Shown piece after piece: positions 40,327-48,829 of a stretch of 48,829 nt of DNA (positions are counted from its first letter, which is position 1; each line of letters begins with the position of its first letter). Origin of the DNA: Rhizaria sp. SCN 62-66 (Eukaryota); the NCBI GenBank assembly GCA_001724265.1, contig MEDY01000218.1:1-48829 (forward strand), given 5' to 3'. The notes beneath the pieces are model-generated. The model saw only the letters and a list, made by a program, of their open reading frames with translations, made no database searches and was not told the DNA's origin. A program made the translations under genes and the position numbers.

Positions 40327-43300
40327 ATGCCATCATTCAGCCTGCCTTTTGTGAGCGCCAACACGCTCTCCAGCGGTTCCACTTTCGGTTTTGCTGCGGC
40401 CTGTGCCGACGACGTTGCCGTCTTCTTCGCCCCGCAGCTGTTGCCCGACCCCGCGCCTCTCCCGCTGGCAGAGCACAGCCATGGCGCGCAGTCACTCCCA
40501 GCTTCCCAGCACGCGCAGCAGCTCTCTTCAGCTGCAACACAGTGTTCGCCGCCTGCGCATGGCGCTTTGACGCTCTCTGCGACTGCGTTGACACCCGCGC
40601 TGGCGCAGTATGGCCCGCAGCGCGCGCCGCCCGCGCCGCTGGACGAGGTGCTTGCTGTGGCCGCGGCGGGGCGAGTCCTCGCCGTCGTCCGCGGCGCGCG
40701 CTGCGAGCTCTACGCCGCGCCCGCATCCGGCGACGCCGCCGCGGCCGCCGGGGACGTGCCGCGGCTGTTTTGCGTGCTGCCCGCGGCCACAGCGCCCCGC
40801 TGCGTCGCGCTCTCCACGCCCCTCACACTGCCGCCCCCTCCAGATACTGATGCCGCTACGAGTAACGCGTCGGCAGCGGTCGCTTCAGCGGCGACAGACG
40901 CAGCAGATGCTGCCGCCGAGAACACCAGCGTGCGCGGCGTGCTGCTGGCGCTGGGCTCGGCGGACGGGGTGACAGTCTGGGCCCTTCCTCTGCCGCAGGC
41001 TCTGCTGCCGTGCACAGGCGTGCAGTCGTCCTAGTCGCACTCGCCGTCGCAGTTGCCGCTGCCGCGACCGTGGCGCCTCGGCTCCTGCTGCCGACTGCGG
41101 CTTGTCGTCGCGCTCTCCTTCGCCGCGCGCGCCCCCTGGGCCGGCAGCGAAGCCGAGACGACGCGCACCGGGGCTGACTCTGGCCTCAAGGCTGCACGCA
41201 CGGCTGCGCACCAGGCCGCTCACAATGCCACTTACAGTCACTGCTCCGGGCTCGATCAGTTGGCGCGCGCGCAGGCGGGGCTGCTGGCCGTGGCCTGCGG
41301 CGACGGACGCGTGTGCGTGGTCGACGCGCTTGCGGCCCCCTTGGCCGCGGACGCCACCGAGCACCACAGGCCCTCTGACCGCCTCACTTGTGCGGTGTCG
41401 CCCGTCGCAGCTAGAGCGCCACCAGCTGTCGGCGTATCGCCTCTTGTCGGCACGGCGCCTGCGGTGGTGTGGTGCTCCCAGGACCCCGCGCTGCCGCCCA
41501 CGGTCACCGAGCTCACGGTCTCCGTCAGCGCCGTCTGTGCCGTTGCTGCGCCTGCCGCTGGCGGCAACTGCAGCAGCAGCAACAGCAACTGCAGAGACGA
41601 CAACAACGCTGACTCTGATTCTTTGTCTGCGAAAGCTGCTCCGACAAGTGTGATCGCGAGCGCTCGCATCGCTGCCGTGCCCGCAGGCCTCGCCCCCGCA
41701 GCCGCGACCAGCTCCACTGGCGCCGCCGCGGCCGCCGCTGTGGCCGCCGCCGCAGCGGCACCCGCGCCGCCGCCGCCCGCCGCGGCCCTGCAGCGGCTGC
41801 TGCGCCTCTCAGTCCCCGATCCGGACTCGGACTCCGCGCTTCTGGACGCCGACGCGGGCAGCGGTGGCGGCGGCAGCGGCACAGCGGCGCAGGCGGCGCG
41901 CGCGCTGCGGGCGCTGGCACTGTCGGCCGCCGCGGCAGCCGCGGGCGCCGCTGGCTTCACGGCGGCGGCCGATGCCTATACCGCTCCGCCGTCAGCGCCA
42001 GAGGCTGCGCCTCCGCTGCTGCCGACGCCGCCGGACGCACTGGCGCCGCTGCCATCCTCGGCGTTGCCCGTGGCCGTGGCGCTCTACGTCGACTGCCCGC
42101 GGCCGCGCGCGACGGCGCCCGCGGTGACGCTGCTGGCAGCGTGCAGCGAGGGCGGCGTCCGCGCGTTCGGCTCCTGCGGCCTCGGCCACGGGCACGGACA
42201 TGGCAGCGACGACGTGGACGGCCTGACCGCGCTGGAGCGGGCGCACGCGTCGCGCCGCGCGCTGCAGCTCTGCGCCCTCGTGCGGCCCCTGCTGCCCCTG
42301 CGGCCCGCGGCCTCGCGCGGCGCCGCTGCGGGCGCGCCGGCGCTCAGTCTGATGGCGCACCGGCCGTGGGGCGTCTGCTCGCACGCGCCCTGTCGCGTTG
42401 TCATCGCCCATGACGCCGACGCCGACGCCGGCTGCGACACCGATGCGAAGCTATGGCTGTCTCGTCGCGGCAGCGCCCGCGGCACTGCGCCTGCAGCCAC
42501 AGCCACAAGTGCCGTCACGAGTGGCAGCGCGGACTGCGGCTCTGCGGTGGCCGCCCTGCTCAGCGCCCTCGCACCCGCGCCCTCCGCCCTCGCGCCCGCG
42601 CTGGCGCCCGCGCGCCCCCGCTGCGCCCCGCTCTCCGCCCAGCGCGCTGCCGCGACCTCACAACAGTACGCGGCGCCCGTGCCCGCGGCCGAGGCGCTAC
42701 CCGCGCGCGTGCTGCTCGCGCCTTCGGGCCGCGCCGCCGCCATCGCGCTCACCACGCTCACGCGGCCCCCGCGCAGGCGCTGCAGGCGGCTGTGTGCGCA
42801 GACCGGCGCAGAGATGACACCTGAGACCGCGACAGAGACCGAGACGGAGACCGAGACCGTGAGCGCAGAGGTGCTGGCCGCGGCTGCAGCCGCGCTGCGC
42901 GCGCACCGGCCCTGGCTCGACGCCGCCGCCGCTGCCGCAGCTACTGGCTCTGGCACCGGCGCCGGCATCGGCTCTGGCACCGGCGCTGGCGCTGGCGCGA
43001 CTACAAGCAGCGCTACGGTTGAAGCTGAAGCAGAGGCGGCGGTCGCGGCTGCGCTGGCTGCGGCGGCGGCGCGCGCGGCCGAGCCAGGTTCTCTCGCGGC
43101 CTCCGCTGCCTCTGCCGCGGCCGTGGCCGCCGCCTCGGCCGCTGCAGCCGCTGCCGCAGCTGCGGGGCCCGCTGCTGTGGCTACGCGCGCGTCTCAACTC
43201 AGCTGTGGAGCCAACGGCGATGGCGGCAACTGCGACTGCTCCCCTGACGGCGACGGCGACGGCGACGACGACGGCGACGGCGACGGGAGGCCGCAGCACT

Positions 43301-43590
43301 GGGTCATCGTGCGCCGCGCCCCCGCCCTCTCCCTCGCCGGCCTCGCTGCCAGCGCTGCGCAGACCGCGGCCGCGGCTGAGAGCGCGGCCGCGGTCTGGCT
43401 GGGTCCCTTCGCGTCCGCGGTCGTCGGGATCGCCACGCTGCCGCTCCCGCTGGCGCAGCTGCGGCCCAGCCGCGGCGGCGGCGGCGCGGCGGAGCGCAGT
43501 CTGCCTGCGGAGAGCAGCGTGCCGGTGCTGGTGGTGGCCGACGCGGGCGGCCGCGTGAGTCTGCACGCATGGCCGCGCAACGCGTGGTGA
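40327..43590 (+). CDS. Ala-rich protein with degenerate WD40/beta-propeller-like strands; one in-frame TAG at 41032-41034
   Basis: ORFs 40285..41034 and 41053..43590 share a frame, separated only by the TAG and 6 sense codons. Propeller-like segments LLALGSADGVTVWAL, LLAVACGDGRVCVVD, LLAACSEGGVRAF, LVVADAGGRVSLHAW; TGA stop. Confidence 0.62.
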
Positions 43591-44319
43591 CAACGTGGGC
43601 TCAGTCTTGGCGTGGGCTCAGTCTTAGTCTTGGACAAGTACACGCTCGTATGCATTTAACCAGGAGTGTGATGCGACCGTGCTCTGAATGTTACTTATTT
43701 GAACTAAAATAACCTAGATTATTAATAAATATGAACCATCTCATGTTTAACAGTGCTCATGCTCATCAGTTGTACTCTTTATCAACCTCGAGATAACTGC
43801 ATCTGAAAGAACAATACGATGCACGAATAGTTCGCGGAAAGTGTATTGTTGATCGATGTTTTAATATAAGTAGCGTCCTGAGGGACCAGCAGTGCATCGC
43901 CGTCAGATGATCTCGTGAGTTGCTAAGACTCTACAAAGACAGGCTGACTGCCACAGTCAGCCATGCGGAACAAGATGAGACAAAGATGCAAACAAACGCA
44001 AAAACAATACAAAATAGACGTAATTAAAATACTAATGTAACGGAATATCAACAAAAAGTGCCTGCCTTCGGGATTGAATCGGAGCTAGAGCTACAACGCA
44101 GGAGGCGTCACTCACTTCACACAGCACGCCGTAGTGTATCAGTGCGCAATCAGAGTAAAAAGCAGCAACCCTCCCGCGGAGCTCCTAGCCCAGTCCAACC
44201 CAGAGCTTAGAGCGCACTCGCAGCCCTCACCTCAAAGCTCAAACGCGCGCGTGTACCCCCCAAAGCGGCTCAGGTCTTCGCTCCAGCGCAGAGCTCGAGG
44301 GTCTCAGCTCACCAAGATC

Positions 44320-44397
44320 TCATAGCTCGGAGCGGAGCAGCGCGGCGACGTCGGCGTCGTCGATCGCCTGCGCCGCGGGCACACTCGCAGGCGCCGC

Positions 44398-44463
<66 letters not shown>

Positions 44464-44994
44464 CTCGCCCGCAGTGGCAGCGGCAGCGGCCGTGGTGGTG
44501 GCCGCGGCCGTGACCGCAGCGGTTGCGGCCGAGAGGACGGCGGTCTGCGTCGAGGGGAAATAGCGCACGAGCAGGCCCAGCGCCTCGCGCGTGTGCCAGC
44601 CGTAGGCAAGCCCGGCCATGTGGAGCGAGGCGTAGAGCACGCCGACGGTGATGGTCGCGAAGGGGATGAAGCGCGTGGTGAACTTGGTCGAGTTGAAGAG
44701 CAGCACGCCGCTGAGCCCCAGCGCGAGGACCAGGGACGGCAGCGGCTGTGCGTGCCAGCGGATCACCAGCACGGCGATCACGACGCTCTGCAGCAGCGAG
44801 GGCCGCAGGAAGAAGTGCTTGGAGAAGCGGAGCAGCTGCGGGCCCTCCTCACGCTCGGGCACGGGCGTGCCGTACATGGCACGCAGCTTCTCGCGCCGCG
44901 CGTCGAACGGGGACATCTTCAGGCCCAGCAGCCCGAAAAGAATAAAGCACGCCGCGTACAGCGCGGAGAAGGAGAACAACGTCTCTGTGTACAT
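44320..44994 (-). CDS. Small multi-pass membrane protein with poly-Ala tail; 5' end uncertain (possible upstream exon)
   Basis: About 4 hydrophobic segments (FSFSALYAACFILFGLLGL, SLLQSVVIAVLVI, LPSLVLALGLSGVLLF, FIPFATITVGVLYASL). Acceptor-like CCTGCAG just upstream of ATG 44994; TGA stop. Confidence 0.65.
44399..44462 (-). repeat. Perfect (GCT)~21 trinucleotide microsatellite encoding poly-Ala
   Basis: Uninterrupted (agc)n on the + strand. Confidence 0.95.
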
Positions 44995-45846
44995 CCCAGA
45001 AGGGCTGTCGCTGCAGGCGGGCACGGCACACAGGGTAGAGAAAGCGGTTGTGGTTAGAAAAACAAACAAGGTCATTGTGGGACTATTTGCGCGGCTTGAA
45101 TAAAATGGCAATAATATATTATACTAAACAAATGTTTCTATCTATATTGCGTAGTAAGTGTCTATTTTGACGATTACAGCAAGAAATAACTGACTTCCGT
45201 TGAAAATGCTCGGTCAGGGTTGGCAAGACGACTCCAACCCCGCACGAGCTAGGGGGCGACGAATGCATCGTATTTGAGCGAACACCGTTGCTGTGCTGGC
45301 ACCGTGATACGCTTAATCCGTGTAACCGAGATGCCTTAACATGTTTCCTTTTTAATATCTTGTGGAAGCGTTGTTGCCGCGCTCTGGCGCCTCCGACAGT
45401 CTTCCCTGGTTTCGCTTGAGTGGCGCTTCGTCACAGACGTCCTGCCGCGCGATATCACGCTCCAAACTGAATGTTGGATTGTGAAAACGTCTAAATTGGC
45501 TTGACCCATGTGTGTTTTCCTGTCCTCTTTTCTGGCACAACATGGCAGCGTGCGTTGCTTGTGCACCAAATCCCCGTTTGCTCGCGGCATTGGTGCTCGT
45601 TTTTTCATGCTCGTTTTTGATGACGTACACCGCTACTCTTCCGTTGCGCAGCACCTTTTAACGACTGGAATGGGCGTTCTTAAGAAGTTTTCTTGATACC
45701 CGTGTTGTATGCCACCCTATTTCAGGCTTTATTTTTCCCGCACTCATGTTTACTCTCCGTTTTCCGTCCCTTTCATCTCTGTCCCTCCTTGTCTCCGTCG
45801 TCGTTGCTTGGCTCTCACCCGTTTGCTGCGCAGCTTGCTGCCCCCC

Positions 45847-46404
45847 ATGGCGACGGACTACACGGACGAGGACAAGGAAATCATCCGCTTTACGCAGGAG
45901 CACATCGAGTCCCTCAAGGCCGGCTCGACGCCCAACATCGTCTTCCACATCGCGCGCTCGAAGAACCGCAACATCGTGATGTACGAGGCCAAGCTCGACG
46001 CGGCGGACCCGGCCAAGTTCGCGGCCGAGCCCATCGACGGGTACTGGCACGACATGGAGCCGTCCTACCAGGCGATCTCGCGCAAGAAGGGCATCATGCA
46101 CGACCGCGTCGAGATCTCCTGGATCGAGCACAAGATGGCCTACGGCTTCGCGCCCACGCTCGTCGAGGACGGCGCCGAGGTCGACCTGGCGCTCGTCGCG
46201 CTGCCCTCGCGCGTGATGCGCCTCAGCCTGCGCGACGGCAAGCCCGTGGGCGTGGCTGAGGTCTCGGGTAAGCGCTGCACCGTGCAGTTCATCTTCGTAA
46301 AGTCGGTCGAGCGCACGCTGCTGCCGCCTAAGTGCATCTACGTCGACCTCTACGGCACCGACCTCACCACCGGCGAGACCGTCGTCGAGCGCATCACCCC
46401 CTAA
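45847..46404 (+). CDS. DUF4833-like protein (185 aa)
   Basis: Strong codon bias from ATG 45847; VFHIARSKNRNIVMYEA...PIDGYW...EISWIEHKMAYG...IFVKS...P.CIYVDLYG.D..TG..V.ERI matches my recollection of the DUF4833 pattern; TAA stop. Confidence 0.75.
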   Translation: MATDYTDEDKEIIRFTQEHIESLKAGSTPNIVFHIARSKNRNIVMYEAKLDAADPAKFAAEPIDGYWHDMEPSYQAISRKKGIMHDRVEISWIEHKMAYGFAPTLVEDGAEVDLALVALPSRVMRLSLRDGKPVGVAEVSGKRCTVQFIFVKSVERTLLPPKCIYVDLYGTDLTTGETVVERITP

Positions 46405-47195
46405 GCCGGCCAGCGCGTCCCCATCGCTCAGCTAAGTAGATTGCAGCTGAAAGAAAAGATTTTGTTTTTTGTGTCGTGATTTTCGTCGTCGGACGTCACT
46501 GTCGTGTTCGTTAAGAACCAACAGGCGTGCGCTTTATGATTCGTATCCAATAGTATTTTTACAACGTACTATCGCAATAAATAACTGTAATATATAGACT
46601 ATTTGTTTCACTTGTTGATAAGCAAGACGAAATAGTTTGGTTAACGTGTGAAGTTGACTTCGATTCTTTTTGTCTTTCGTCTCCTGTGTGATAAGCTTTA
46701 GGAATAATGTATTCTTGATGAAGATAAGTTGTTTGATGATAAAGATAGTGAACACGTCTAAATGCAAACATATAGCGACTATACAGCGTTCGACGTGGCG
46801 TGTGTGAGCGTGCACTCAGTGAGCGCTCAGTGAGCGCTCAGAGAGCACACAGAGCATGGCGCAGGATGAGTTATGAGTTTTGGCGCGGGACGGGTTCAGT
46901 GTGGGTGCTTGAACGAACAATATGGACACGCGGACGCATGCACCGAAACAAATAGATGTAGTGATCATTACATGACAGACGGACACATCAACACCACACG
47001 CAATCAATCAATAGCTATATATGATGCGTGCAAATGCTCGGTTGTGGAAACACACAACTAAAATGTTAATAGACTACGTATTCGTAAAATATGACTAGAC
47101 AAAACAGATACAAAAAAGGGAGTCTTCTCGGCCCGATAGAGAAGTACACTCTCCAAAGTCTACAACGAAATCAATAAAAGTCCCATTTCTCTTCG

Positions 47196-48385
47196 TCACG
47201 CGCCGGTGTCGCCGGCGACGTCCTCGGGGACGAAGAAGACCTGGACGACGTTGTCTTGTCGCACACGCATGTCGGCGAGCGTCAGTGCGTCGTCGTGGGC
47301 CGCGTAGCCGCGCACGACGACGCGCTGGCGGTGCGGCGGCACGCCGAACTTGGCCCGCACAAGCCGGGTGAGGTCCCGCCTCGTCGTCGCCGCGGGCGCC
47401 TCCACGGTCAGGCGGCCGCCCGAGGAGGCCAGCACAGTGAAGCGGACCAGCGGGCCGGCGGGCACGGCGACGGCGCTCGCGGGCACGCACGCGGGGGCCG
47501 GGGCCACCGTCGCGGCGGGGGCAGCAGCGGCGGCAGCAGTCTGGCCGTGGAGGCGGCCGTAACTGCTGTTGTAGTCGGGGGGTGGTGCCGAGGGATGGCC
47601 GGTCTCGGCGGAGGCGCCAGCGGGCGCGCCGCGGGCCGGGGAGGGCGCCACGGACGCCATGCTATGGCTCGACGGGAAGCCAGCAGCAACAGCAGCTGCA
47701 GTATTGGTGGGAGCAGCAGAGACGGGCGAGGACACTGAGTCAGGGCCGCTGCCGCTGCCGTTGCCGTTGGTGGGCGAGCTGGACGAGAGGACGCCGTCGA
47801 GCGGGATGGCGTTGGAGGGGTAGGCGACGATGACCCAGGGCACGTCGTAGCGCGCGCCGCGGGCGTCGTAGCAGAAGAATCCTGTCTCGGAGGGCAGCAG
47901 GGGCGTTGCGCCGATGCTGTTGAGCACGAGTCCACGCGTGACGTCGTCGTGGCACGTCACGGCGAGCTGCAGCCCGCTCCAGAACTGGCGGACGCCTGCG
48001 CGGGGAGCAGCGGGATAACGGAAGCAGCGAGAGGCGAGAGGCGAGGCGAGGCGAGGCGAGGGTGAGCGATTGGACTTGAACTAAAGGAGGAGGGAGGAGA
48101 CAATGCAGGAGACAATGCAGGGGCGACTAAAGACGGACCTTGTGTGCGCGTATCCCAGAACGTCTCACGCTCCCGGTCGAGCATGGCAATCGAGAGCACG
48201 GGGCAGCGCGCGTCCCAGCCCAGCGGCGGGGTCGGGATCGAGACAGGCGTGTCGACGGGCACGGGCGCCAGTCCGCCGACGTGAGGGCCAGGCGGCTGTG
48301 CAGATCGGGCCGGAGATCCCCCGTGGTGATGCGGACTGCGTTCCTGAGGAGCAGTAACGTTAGCCGATGAGCTAGAACACCCCAT
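47196..48385 (-). CDS. UBTD2: Ubiquitin domain-containing protein (UBTD1/2, DC-UbP family); exons 48385-48139 and 47995-47196
   Basis: MGCSSS acylation motif; LDRERETFWDTRTQG|VRQFWSGLQLA; CYDARGARYDVPWVIVAYPSN; C-terminal ubiquitin-like domain (GVPPHRQRVVVRG...DDALTLAD). GTCCGT...GCAG intron 48138-47996 is phase-consistent. Confidence 0.85.
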
Positions 48386-48829
48386 GATGGGAAGGTCTAA
48401 TCGCTACACGGAGCTTTGAGCCTGAAACAACAACCCAACTTTGCTTGCTTCTTCGTGTTGTCACTGGGCTTCCAGCCACACACGGAGGAACGCTCAAACG
48501 GGTCGCGTTTTAAGATAAAACAGGCGCAGATCAGCATTTTTGTCGATAAAAATGTTGTTTCAAGATACTATTCATGTATTTGTGGCTATATATGCTTTGC
48601 TTTAGTTCTTGGCCTTAAGTTATCAGCCGCGTTGCGTGAAAATGTGGATCCCACCACGAACGCGAAAGAAGGCTGGCGTATCCGTTTCACGTCCATAGCT
48701 GAGTGCTCCGCGCTTCCGCTGCGTCTGCAGCTGTTACCGCCGACATTTAGCATAAAATACCAAGTCTCACAGGCTCAGACTGGGGCAAACACCACCCACG
48801 GTCGTTTCGGGGCGGGTATATAAAGGTGG

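Noticed and set aside
46405-47195. Short ORFs in AT-rich spacers (also 778-1295, 13600-14100, 34290-34920, 48416-48823)
   Set aside because: No coding codon bias or motifs; consistent with UTR or intergenic DNA. No tRNA, snRNA or rRNA structure recognised by eye.
28468-47198. TGA stops as possible selenocysteine or read-through codons
   Set aside because: For proC, IleRS and UBTD the TGA falls at the expected C-terminus and is soon followed by non-coding composition. I recognised no SECIS element.
48027-48121. (GAGGC)n run and duplicated GGAGACAATGCA in the UBTD intron as a mobile element footprint
   Set aside because: Simple slippage repeats with no terminal inverted repeats, target-site duplication or second copy in the window.

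Overview
Gene-dense eukaryotic DNA, probably from a flagellated protist. The coding sequence is very GC-rich and the intergenic spacers and GT-AG introns (about 110-220 nt) are mostly AT-richer. I infer about 14 protein-coding genes: a truncated glycine-cleavage H protein, a giant ~3970-aa surface protein, a QRICH2/DUF4795-like coiled-coil protein, a GH114-like/ankyrin/CaaX protein, radial spoke head RSP4/6, an Ala-rich protein, pyrroline-5-carboxylate reductase, mitochondrial IleRS, an Arc1/AIMP1-like tRNA-binding protein, an EF-hand-like low-complexity protein, a degenerate WD40-like protein, a small membrane protein, a DUF4833-like protein and a UBTD-like protein. I recognised no RNA genes, CRISPR arrays or transposons. 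Three things stand out. (1) An intronless giant protein has a signal peptide, 22 bacterial-type Big_5 Ig repeats, 2 He_PIG Ig domains, two transferrin-like lobes with mostly substituted iron ligands, and a GPI signal. (2) Two genes each carry one in-frame TAG inside continuous coding sequence, while none of the 13 complete gene models ends in TAG (6 TAA, 7 TGA). This hints at UAG reassignment or readthrough, but base errors are not excluded. (3) The first ~260 bp look like a bacterial beta-propeller gene joined in frame to the H protein, most likely an assembly chimera. All family assignments come from motif recognition by eye, not from database searches.
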